NCBI GenBank assembly: GCA_001643675.2
Contig: LSRY02000002.1
Coordinates: 1,240,001 to 1,304,000, forward strand
DNA from: Monocercomonoides exilis PA203
Taxonomy: Eukaryota; Protista; Preaxostyla
Length of the DNA stretch: 64,000 bases
Direction of reading: 5' to 3'
Positions 47,901 to 60,200 of the stretch are shown here, in pieces (position 1 is the stretch's first letter; each line of letters starts with the position of its first letter). The notes beneath the pieces are model-generated. The model was not told the origin of the DNA and ran no database searches. It saw only the letters and a program-made list of their open reading frames with translations. A program made the position numbers and the translations under genes.

Positions 47901-49492
47901 GCTTCGTCTTTTCTCAATAGGAGATATCGATTTGCGTGTGAATGAATCAGACAACGACGAGGAAGGAAACGAAACTGTGATTCTTGCATTTCTGTCTGTT
48001 GAAAGACCTCTCATCGTTATTGATTCGCTGATTTTCCTTTCAGTCAAAAATCCAAAATCTTTCGTTTTCTGAAAACTGTTAGAAATTTGCTGCTGTTGAA
48101 TCATATACTCATTCTCTTCCAATTCGCGCACTGCTTTTCTGGATACAAGACGCGCCTCTGCTGTTCTTGATGCTATTTCCTCCATCACTTTTTCTGCAGG
48201 CATCTCCAACACCTTGTCCTCTGGCTTGTCGAGCACAGAAGGTGTAAGCTTTGAGAAGAAAGTCACCTTAAATGCAGAATCTGCTGATTTTCGAGGTGTT
48301 CCATTGATTCCCTCAGTCTTCCTTCTTCTTGTTGACAACACTGGAGCATGCCTTTTGGAAGGAGTGCGCGTGACATTACGAGAATATGATCTGCTTGTTT
48401 GAGAGCGATTCACAGTAGTTGCAGTTCCATTATCTGAAACACTCGAACTGAACGCCCTCTGAGTAGCCACAGATGCTGTGCTATTTGCAGAGCTAAGTTC
48501 AACTGCACCGTTGGCTTTATTTGCTTCTTTTCTCTTTGATCTTCGCTGCTCAATCATCCGTCTTAGCTCCAACAGTTCTTTTTCAGTATCCCTTGTTCCA
48601 GGCCTAAGCTTCAGTTGCTGAACCTTTGCAGCTGTTGCTCCGCCATCTGCAATTCCAACAATTGGTAGTTCGCGAGTTTCTGCACTTGTTTGCGCCGAAG
48701 ATATAGAATGTTTGCTTGAAGGCTTTTCCCCTCTTTCCCCAATATTCGAACCAGAATGAACATTTTGAAGTTTCAAAATTGAAGGTTTTCCCGTTGAATA
48801 ACCAAACAAATTCGAGCTATGCGAAGAGGGTCGACTTTTCGAATGAGATTCAAGAGAGGCCATTGAAGTTTTACTCCTCTGTGTTAAGTATTTACTTGTC
48901 CATTCGCGATTTGGCCTTGATTCCTCTGATCTTAAAAGTGATGCATATTTTTCTGCAATATCGCCAATTCCACGTGCCCCACCAGCTTTTGCATCGGCCA
49001 TGAGCCCATCGACTTCCTTCAATAAATTTTTATATTTTAGCTCTCTTGCAGTTTTAAGTTCAACAGGTTCTTCATAAAGTGATGATGAATCATTTATTTG
49101 TTCAATCTTTGTTTTTGAAAGTGTTTGATCGATTTCAAATTCATTTGCAGCTTCTTTCACTTCAAAAACCTGATCATTGATTTCTTCAAGGAGTTCATGA
49201 GCATTTCCTGCATCAATTTGTAAATCTGACGAAAATATATTCTGTAAATAAAGACAAAACAAAGTGACAAACCATCAACATTGTATTTGTGCTTTCTAAG
49301 TCTCCTTGTGCGAGGTGAAGTTGGACTGTGAAATCCAGTTGTTTGAGTTCCAGGATTCTCTAAAACTAAATCCTTTTTCTGAGAATGAAAATTCTGAATA
49401 TCTCGGGAAAGAAAGGGTTGTGTCGATTGAGTTGTTAAACTTTGTCCTCGAATAGTATTTATGCGTTCTCTTTTGGCAACTTTTGAAGACAT
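44961..49492 (-). CDS. Hypothetical ~1400-aa protein, 5 exons, disordered N-terminus and a helical IQ-like C-terminal region
   Basis: The 49157-49492, 46485-49262 and 44961-46037 ORFs and two small exons join in phase at GT-AG sites (…RYREAVIQAQRLSKKYIECLDARMEAFDILWHIEE…). Confidence 0.7.
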
Positions 49493-49683
49493 AAATCTTA
49501 ATATTACACTTATATGTTCACTAATGAGCAGGTTAATTCTTAAATATCTGAATAAGCCTAATTATCTTCTTTGTTATTTTTTAGGTGAAGTGCAGTTACC
49601 TGTTTTAATGCTAAAACACGTCCTTAAACAAAGAAATCGCAAATAATTATATGAATATTATTTGATCAAAACCACTGTTACTT

Positions 49684-52600
49684 TCATTTTCTATTCCTTG
49701 GCTTGAAAACAACAAGATCATTATATTCATCAAACTTTGGAGCAACAAAATACTTATCAGCAATTTCTCCCGTTTCGTCAATTCCATCTTTAATTCTATG
49801 TCCCATTGGCCCTTGCTTTTGTGTTGATTTTGCAAATGGATTTGGTAAGTCAGAAGAAGATACAGGCTTCAAATCGAGAAGAGGTCTTGTTGGGTCGAGT
49901 TCAAGCAAATTGACAACAAGATCTAGAATATAAGAAGGACTATGAACATCCTTCGATTGCGAAGAGATAAGCGCTCCTCTGCCGCCTCTGCTTCTCGATG
50001 CAGGAGAAAGGAAAAGTGAATGCAAAGTGCTGTTGATAGAGTTATGCAGCAAAGTCATCAAAACAGCTACTCTTCCTGTAGCTCCAATGAAAATGCCATT
50101 CCCCAACTGCACAATACGCTCAGTGACAGACACACGCAGAGCGCCTGCCCCGTTCTGCCCGACGGCAAAGAGAAGAAGAGCAAAGATAGGGACGATGGAG
50201 GAATCGACAACGAAGGCTGAAAGAGAAATAGTTTAAAAAAATGGAAAAGGAAAAGAAAAGGAAAAGAAAAGAGAGAAATAGAAAGAAAGAAAGAAAATGA
50301 GTGAAAATAAATAAAATGTTGTCAAACGCTTTGATGTGTTGATCAGTTCGTTGTAAGCCAGAAACGGAACAGGGAAATAGTTGTGCTTGAAATTGATGCT
50401 TTGTGGATGAAGAAATACTCGTTCTGTCACATTCACAATAACATTTAGATCGAATCAATATAAACACAAATACAAACATGCAATGCATTTTCAATTGATT
50501 TATAAAGAAAACAATAAAATTAAAAGAATCAAACCAATTCTTGATATAAAGAACTTTACTGCTTTTGCATCAGCTTGAGAAGATAGGGCACCATATACAG
50601 AAGAAGTGAACTTGAGTGATGGATTGACAACCTTTGAAAAGAAAAGAGAAGAGAAGAAAAAATCATTGAACAAGTGACAAGTTGATAACATCATCGCAAA
50701 AATTAATAAATAATAATAATGATAAAAATGTAATTGATCAGTTAATGCTTGAATAAAATCAACATAAATACAAAATTCACACTCGTATTATATTTGGAAA
50801 CAGCGCTGCGGCGATGACCGACAACACAACTATTTTGTTGTTGTTGTGCCTGTTTTCAAACTCTTCTTCCTGTTTCGGAATGAAAAGTCCTCTCTGCCCG
50901 CCTCCTCCTCTGTTGCTTCTTTCGTCTTCTCTTGGCTTTCTTTCAATGATGCCTGTCTCAATCAGATTGCGGTGGAACTCTCTTCTCTGCTCAGCTATGT
51001 TCTGCATCGCTTGGATACTTAGCGAATTCTATGTTATTTCAAGAAATATTTGGAAAAAAACGCAAATAAAAAAAGGAATAAAAAAGATATATATAGCCAA
51101 ATCATTGTTAAAAGAAGTTATTTTCTTATTTTCTTTTTTTTTTTAAAATACGAATTTACTTTCTGTTCTAAAAAAATTGATGTAAATCCGTTCAAGCAAC
51201 AAACCAATCTACAGAACTCCGCCGACTTCCCGTTCTTCACTGCATTCATCCACGAGTCAAACACCTTCACCAGAGTCAGATGATCCGAAAAGGGCACCTC
51301 AAATCTCTCTCTCGCCTCTCTCACGTCTTCTCTATGCTCAATGCCTGCCAAGAACGGAGACTTCATCACGAGGCAGGCAGCGACAGTGAGGGCAGACTGG
51401 AGGCAGCCTAAGAGAACACCGTAGATGAGCATCTTCCCAATCACAGCATCCATCGGGAGAAGAGAGAGAAGCTGGCCCATTGGTGTGAGGCGGTAGAGGG
51501 TTTGGTATTCTGGTTCGGTTTGGGAAGAGGAAGAGGAAGAGGAAGAGGATAATGATGATGAAATGGAGCTGGATGAAGTGAATGGAGATTGCGAGGCTTG
51601 TGAGGATTGCGATGAAGTGGATGCTGATGAATATGAAAATGAATTTGAAGAAGAAGAAGAAGAAGGTTTATAAGAGAATTGTGATTGAGATGGGCTGTAT
51701 GAAAAATCAGATGATGTTTGCGAGTGAGTGACTTGTGGAGTTGGCTTTTGTGGCTTCACTTTCACAACAATTGGCTCAATTGCTCCGATGTTGGCAAGAT
51801 TGGTCAAGGAAGATCTGAAAAAGACAAAGGTGACGATGGAAATAAATTCAAAATGATAAAGAAAATAATAATTATTTTAAAATAATAAAAAAAAAATGAA
51901 AATTCCATTTAAAAACGATTACATGAAACAAAAAACATTTTAATAAACATCTATATTGTCACATACTGCACATCTTCTTCCTTCGGTGGGTCAATACATC
52001 TCTTCAGCGCCTTCATCACATCTTCTCCATTCTCCTCTTCCAACTCGTCCCCCGTTCTTCTTCCCTTCCTTTGCCTCCTCAGAATCCGCTGCTGTTCAGC
52101 TTTCATCCCAATCACCTGAAGGCACAGCTGCTCAAGTGACACTCGTCTCATCTCAGGAAGAGGGTTCTCTCTCATCCACGACCACTCCTTCTGCGTGTAC
52201 AGATGGAAGCACACACCAGGCATCACACGCCCTGCTCGACCGGCTCGTTGAGTGGCATTGGACTGATTGTTATTTATTTTTATTTTTATTTTATTAATTT
52301 ATTTGAAAATTTATTTATTTGAAGATAAATATGTGGATAGTTGATTGCAGGTTTAAAACGAAAGAATAGAGAAATAGAAAGAAAAACAGTTTCATCAATA
52401 AAAGATTTATTTAAAAAACAGGATTACACATGTTAAAAACCTCTTTTTGTCGCAAACCTTTGAAATCTGATGTTCTTTGAGAGAAGACATTTTCATAGCA
52501 GGATCATATGTCATTTCTTTCTCTTTTCCAGTGTCAATAACGTATCTAATATCATATTGAAACACCAAGCGAAGAAATCAAATATTATATTAAAGATATA

Positions 52601-55600
52601 GCATTTATAAATAAACAACATTTCTTCAACAACAGAAATTTCAGCAAACACAACGTCATCAATAGTCAGCGAGGTCTCAGCAATGTTTGTTGCCAGCACA
52701 ACTTTCCTCTTTCCCCTCGGTGGAGTGGCAAAAGCCATGTTCTGCTTCGCAGGAGACAAGGAAGAATGAACAGGAACAACAAAAAGCGAACTGGCAAGTG
52801 ATGGAGAAGAAGCTAACCTCAGCTCCATCTGCCGAATCTGATCCATTCCCGACAGAAAGACAAGAATGGCGCCTGGAGACGATTGGCGGACGGAGGAATA
52901 GGAAAAAGAGGAAGAGGAGGAAGAAGCTGAAGGGCGATCATGAGTTGGATTCTCGACTATTCGTGAGATGATTGCTGTGATTAAATCGAGAGGTGTTTGT
53001 GCCGATGAAAATCGGCACAGAAATTCAATGGAGCGTTGAGGCACGGAGGAAAAATCATGCACCTGAATGGAAGCAAAATATAAAATTTGAAGAAATTTGA
53101 TAAAAAACAATCAAAAAATAAATATATAAAAATTATGTGTTTCATTTAAAATAACTTTATTATTGGTAATAATTCATTTCATCAACACACCCCGCACATT
53201 TCCACCGCCTCTTCAACTGTTCTCAGTCTCTTTCCTTCGATGTTTGGCTGATATCGCGCGAACATCACAGCATCCAGCAGCCATTTCCGCTCAACAGGAA
53301 ACTGCCTTCCCTGAACGCTGATGATTGGAGCACCGCCGAAATAGTTGGAAAACAGCTCAGCATTCAACGTGGCAGACATCAACACCACAAAAAGATCAGG
53401 GCGATGTGGAAGAATGGTCTTCAGAATGGACAGAAGGAAGTCGGTTTCAATTGTTCTGCGATTAGAAAAATATATGGAACAATGAGAATTTAGTAAATAC
53501 GGAAATAATAGTGTGACGATTTTTTTTTATAAAATGCAACAAATGACATTCACCAAACGAACAATACCATTTCCAATAAAAAGTTATAACATCAATCTTC
53601 ACATATTAAAACATCAAAGTATAACTCCAAACCTTTCGTGCACTTCATCCACAAACAGACACGAAATCCCTTCCATCATTGGATGGCTCATCAGATACCG
53701 CAGCATCACCCCAGTTGTGCAGTATGTGAGTCTCGTCTCGTTCGGACTCACTTCCGTGACGCCTCTCACGCGAAAGCCAACAGTTCCTCCCAGACGCTCG
53801 CCTCGCTCCACAGACACACGCTCTGCAATGGCTGGGGTTTGTTATGTTGAATGAAAGAGATTAATCATGTTTCATTTAATTGTCCATTTGAATGGATAAA
53901 TATTTGTATGTTAGAAGAAGATTAATAATTGAAAGAATGATTCAAGATTGGAAGAAATAACAGTATTAATTAAAATCTTAAAGAAAAGAATTCTCGCAAA
54001 CACATCGCGGCAATACGCCTGGGCTGCAAGCAGATGATGTTTGTTCTGCTTCCTCTTCCGTTCTCATCCTCATTATCCAACAGAATCTGTGGCAATTGTG
54101 TTGTTTTCCCGCTCCCTGTTTCACTGGAAATCACCACAACCTGCTTTCTCCTCTGCTTCCCTGCTTCCATTTCTCTCAAAATGCGATATCTTTCCTGGTA
54201 AACAGGCAATTTTCCTCTTTGTGTCTCAACCATTCTGATGTAGGAGGGGTCTTTTCTCTTCATCTCCAGTTTTTGCTTCAGCTCTGCATCTCTTGCTGCT
54301 GATGGCTGCACGCCCCACGCTTGGTGAGGAGGGAGTACTGTTTCATTGGATAAGCTTGTATTCATTGAAGCAGAAGAGGAAGAAGCAGAAGCAGAAGCAG
54401 AAGAAGACTGAGTCGAAGATGAAGGTGAAGTGGAGCTCATGAAGCAGCTTGGTGGGATGGTGGATGTGATTGGAGGAGGGTTCAAAATGATCGTGGGCAC
54501 GTTTTCGTTGATCCAGTCGAGCATCTCAAAAAGGATAGGATGTGCATCAATTGTGTGGGAAAGCGAACTGGCTGGCGGTTCATACTCGAATGAAGCCCTT
54601 CGGTTGATCAGGGCAGTGATGAGAAATCTGTGGTAATGTCGTTTAATTGGAATGAGTCAGGGGCAAATAGAGAAAGAAAGAAAGAATGAATGAATGAATG
54701 ATTGATTGATTCAATTTGATAGAAGGGAAAACGAGTTTTGTTTGGTTCATTAAAAGATAAAATGTTAATAAGGGAAACAGACAAGAATCAGAACACAAAC
54801 TGCATCTTTCTTGACAATCTCCTCTCTGGATCTTCAGACAATGTTCTAAACAGGAAAAGAGGAGCAGAAGCAGAAGAAGTATTTGGAGGAGTATAAGAAG
54901 AAGAAGAAGACGATGAGGAAGAGGAGGAATATGGATAGCCTATACGATCAGTGGGGAAGAAGATATCAATGACACAATCGTACTCTTCATCGTCTAATGT
55001 TATTGCGGATTGATAAGGTGATGTTTGAAGAGAAAGAGTTGAGAATGGTGCAACAAATGTGGTTGTCAGGCAAATGTGCTGGGAGGAGTATATATGCAAT
55101 TGCTATATATATAGAAATATGCCAACAGAAACAAAAAGAATAAAAGAGTTTATTTGACATTCACAGTAAATTTCGTTGAAAAAAAAAGGAAAAAAAACAT
55201 TGAAAATTTTTAAAGAAAAAATATTTAACCAAAGAAATGCAACATATTTGTGTTCATACAGACTCATCATAAATCGTCAGCAACGTGTCCAGCTCTTCTG
55301 CCAAATCGCTGTTTTCCTCTCTGATCATCTCAAGTGCTGTGACATTGTCCACATCTTCGTAGTCTTGAACAGTCGAAAAATACGAAGATGAAGCACCAGT
55401 CTGAGGAGGAGGAGATGGAGTGAGTGGAGGAGAAAATGAATGAGGAGATGGACTGTTTGCTGATGGAGAAGGAGGAGGCGTGCGGCTGTCGGGTGGATTG
55501 CTCTGGAGATATGTGTGATATTCATCACTTTCAGTGATTTGATTTTCAAGTGAAGATGAAGATGATGAAGATGAAGAGGAAATAGAAAACGGAGTTGATT

Positions 55601-56987
55601 CTGATTTCTTCTCAGATTCGCTTTTTTCGACCACTTTCTTTTCGTCAAAGTCTTTAATGGCATCCAACAAATCGTTTTCGGTATGCTCTTCAACATCTCC
55701 TATTTGTTGCTCAATGATTGTCATTTCATCTGCATCCAGCTCTTCATCGTCATTCACATCTGCAGTTGAAGAACTGCCTTTTTCAGAAGAAGATGCCTCT
55801 TCTGATGCTGATGCATTAGCACGCTGTGCTTCTCCGTCAGAATTACCCCATCCTCTTATAAATTGAAATGTAAGCCGAAATAAATTTGATACAAATTGCG
55901 TCTCGTTCCATCCAGCTTCTTCTTCTCCCTTCTTTTTCTTCTTATTTCCTTTCTTCTTCTTTTGCTTTTCTGAATCAGCAACCAAATCAATCACATCTTC
56001 CAATTGCTTCCGATCCTGCTTTGTTCGAGAAGCCATTGAAGATGCTTCACTTAGTGCTTTTAGACAATGACTTCGGGCAAAACCACATTTCACAAAGACT
56101 TTCACAATTGGAGAATCGAGACGATACTGATATATGTTCTGCTGTGAATCTCCATGAATTGTAGAAGGAAGTTCATCATCGTCAAGGTTCAACAGCAGCC
56201 AATCCATGGCGAGTTGTTGATCCCCTCCCATCACGCGAACTGCTTGGAGAGCATGTGCAGGATGAAAATACATCTCAACCAATGACATAAACGTTTCTTC
56301 TTCAGATTCAGTCAATTGTGGTTCAAAAACATAAGAGCAATGTTTGTATTGAAAATTATTTGCAGCCGTTTGCGAGATGTGAAAGTCAATTGAAGAAACA
56401 GGCAATGATGTATCATAGCTTGACTGCGAAGTTTGTACAAATGACTGTGAAGTGAGAAATGTTAAATAATCATCAATGAGCGCCTTTTGCTTGTTGTCAA
56501 GAGTAAGAGTATAATCAACATCTCTTTTCTTAGGCTTAATTGAATTTGACACGGAATTTGCTTCTGCTGCTTTTTTGTCTTGAAGAGCCTTTATTCCCGC
56601 TTCAGTTCTGTAGCGAAAGCTTTTAGGTTGTTTTTGCCTAACTTCTAGAAAATAAAAAAAGGAGTTTAAGCAACGTGTTAACAGAAAAATGTTAAATAAA
56701 AAAGTAATATTTTGAATAGTACCTCCAGCAGGGATGAGTATTTCGTTTTGAGGGCCTTTTATCTCTTCAGGTTTCTTCCATCTAGGTTTTTCTCTAACCT
56801 TAACTTCTTGTTTTGGTTTCGGTGGAGGCTTCGGTTTCTCTTTTGGGGCATGCCCTCTACTTGTGAAATTCTTTGTGTTTAAAATATTTTTATAACGTAG
56901 AATTTAATAAAGTAAATCATGACAAACAATCTTTTTTGACGGCTTCTTTGCCGTAGGCTGGGACGCAGCCTTTTTTGCTTTTTGCAT
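49684..56987 (-). CDS. DEAH/RHA-box RNA helicase of DHX57/DHX29/DHX36 type with N-terminal UBA- and RWD-like regions, ~15 exons
   Basis: Motifs SETGSGKTTQLPQ, QPRRIAAMSIAERVS, YCTTGVMLR, VDEVHER, MSATLN, ILVFLSG, LATNIAETSLTIDDV and QRAGRAGR. The HA2 region reads LTPMGQLLSLLPMD and SDHLTL. UBA-like AMDWLLLNLDDDELP and RWD-like EELDTLLTIY are upstream. Confidence 0.92.
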
Positions 56988-57222
56988 GATCCGAAGTCAT
57001 AATATACTTAAATTGAGATCAAGAAACACAATTAACCATTCGTTTTTTCTTTCCACTTGAAATAAGCTTCTATAAAAAGGTTAAAAAGGTTGAACACGCG
57101 TTTTTAAAAATTAAGAGAAAAATAATAAACAATTTGTCAAGTGAGCTGAAGCATAACACAAAAATAAAAATGCCAATAACAAATTCAAAAAAATTAAAAG
57201 ATAAAAAAAAAGAACGACTCCT

Positions 57223-60200
57223 TCAGTGATTCTTTGAAGGCTTAAATAAAGCCCTTCGCGTCTTTGGGACCCGTTCGACTTCTAAATCCACAGAAGGGCA
57301 AAAATTAAGAAAAGAGGCTGCATCTTCACAAGAGTTCGAAGCATGCCAGTGGAATTTATTCAGATTTTTTGAACAAGTCTCTTTATTCTCTAGAAACAGC
57401 GGGGCACACTTCGCCAAAACATCCGAAAGAACGAGAGAAAGTGCAGTCGGGAGGGGAACATAGAAAATATACTCCTCTCTCTTCCGTTTCTGTGATGCTT
57501 GGATGGATGTGATTTGCGCTTCTCTCTCGAAACTTTCATACAAATACATTTCGATGTGTGATTGTGATTTGCTGAACAATGAAGATATTCCCATGGTCGA
57601 TGCAGACGAGCTGCCAGAAGCAGGAAGTGAAGATGACTGCTCTGCGCTTTCCTCTTCGAGCGCCTCTGCCTCGATGATCGTTTTATATAGATCTAATTCA
57701 CTTGCTCTTATATCTTCTTCTTTGATATTCAGGTTAATTTCATCAGAATTTAGTGTTTCCTCCATTGTACTTTTATACTCCTCTTCTAGTTGTTTTTCAA
57801 ACTCAGTCCAATCTTCTTCAATAGGCCATATATCACCTCCGCACTGGATGCAATCGCACGTGTGCTCTCTATCTGCACCAAGTCCTCCTGATTTGACGCT
57901 CCACCTGAGCAAATCATTGCGCCGTGTTCTTCGAGTTATTCTTCCTTTTCTGCGAAGACAGAATGGACAGAAAGAAGAAGGCCTCGAAGCTTCAATGTCA
58001 CTATCATCATCAACAATGACAATTTCCTGTGAAAATGCTGATGAATTCGCTGAATCAGAGGACTTTTGTGAACACGAACTGTGAGGAGCAGAAAGAAATT
58101 CTGGTGACATATCTGCATCCAAAGGTGCTGAAGATGCTTTTGATATTGACATTTCATCTGGTTTTGTGGATAAAATTGAATGCATTGGTCCAATATTTGC
58201 TGACACACCGAAAGACTGTTTGTTACTTCCCTTGCCTATTTCCTTCATCATTCTCATTCTTCGTTTGCGACTGCTAGTCAACGATGATTTCATCCTTTCC
58301 AACCACAACTGATTTTGAATTGCTGCTCTTTTACCACAAATCATTCGCTCAGGCTGTGCCACAATTAACGACAAGTGCTGCATCATCCGATTGAACGATG
58401 ACGAGGCTTTCAGAATGGAACTTTCACTGCAAATGCCATCTCCACAAGACATCGCGACTGGAGGGTGCAGTGAAGGCATTGGTCCCATCGTTGCTTTCCA
58501 CTCTTCGCCCAATCGATTTGGCGGAATGCAGTGAATGTCTGTGAAAGGCAAGAATGAAGGAAACATGTAAAAATCAGAATTTGCATATGCTGACGAATGA
58601 GAAGAACAAGAAGTTGCTGATGCAGTAGTGTTATTGTTTAAACAACTTGATGCACTTATGAAACGAAGGATGGCCTGAGCTTTTAAATGAATGGAGTGCA
58701 TTTTGAAAAATCTTATTGATTCTACCATTCCATTGAGGACAACTGCAAAACAAGAGAAAATGTGGAAAAGAGTAGCAAGATCACAACTAACGCTCAACAT
58801 TCTATCTAAAACAGAGATTCCATTGAATACAACAAAAAGACGTTGACAGCTGAGTGACGATGATAACAGGTTTGACAATGCACAACATGCACTTCCATAC
58901 AGCCTTGGCGATGCAAATGGAGATGATACGCATTCAAGTATAGACTCAATCACTCCTGTTGATAACAAAGATGATGAATAACTCTGGCGTGATTTTTGTG
59001 AGTCGCGAGATTTTTGTTTCCGTTTCTTCGTGCTCTTCTTCTTTTTGATCTCGCCTTTTTGAGACTCTTGATTGAAAGCAGAGTCTGATGGCACGTTTGA
59101 TGGTGACGCAGCAGAAGCACTGAATAATGATGGATCAACTTCATCAATTGTTGGCAGTTGGTCCGGAAGAAGCTGATCATCAATTCCCTCCTGTTCAGCA
59201 TTGCTTTTTCTCTTTCCTTCATCTGCTTCATCTCCTCTTTCATCGTCTTCATCGATGTTACTTGAAGAATCCTCTCCTCCAGCTTCATCATCACGCTCAT
59301 CATCCAATTCATTACCATCATCTTTCAACTCTTCATTATTGGTCAATTCCTTTGAATCAACTTCATCATTGGCTGTGTCAATGGCAACATCGTCTTCATT
59401 TGCAGCACAGCTTAGCGATGACCATTCACCTCCACTTGGATTTCTCTCCTTCTTCCCTTCTCTTTCCGTCAGACAACTAAGAATCCACAAGGCTGCCTCC
59501 ACAATGTCTTGATAAGGAATCTCTAATCGTTTTCTCTGTAATTGTGAATCTTTTCCATTTTTTCCGTTTTCTGACTTTAAAGTTGCAATCGTCAAATCTC
59601 TATTATCATCACCATCAGCAAACTCTTTTCCGACTTCATCACCAACGCTTTTGCTAACTGTTTGTAAACTTATATCATCAGTGTGATTTACAATTAATTT
59701 ACCATCCTGACTTTCGCACTGAATATTATTATCCAACTCGAGGTTTGACAATATAAAATTCACAAGATTCATCACTGTATCCTCTTCTCTTAGCCTCCAC
59801 AATCCAACACCCCGTGTGCTCAGAAGAAACATGATGTACAAATTCAACGCACGTTTTGTGTCTGCTTCTTCAACAGAAACATATGAAAGCGGATTTGGAC
59901 TCCAGTCAGGCGTAAGTGCAGTTGCAAACGAACCCACCATTCCCGAGGATAATTTGTGAAGTTCTGATTCTCTGCGCTCTTTGAATGAATGATAATTCAA
60001 GCGATCTGCAAAGAAATTGAATTTGCGTCTGATTGAAGAATCAGAAAGTGAAGTGGGCTGCGAAAAGCAGCGAATGCCTTTCTCCAATGTATTGGTGCAA
60101 AGAATATGATGATATCTGTTTATCTCAATCTTCTCGCTCTCTTCTCTGTCCGCCTCATCAATCTCGTCATAAACGCAATAAGAGGATGTTCCTTTGCCAG

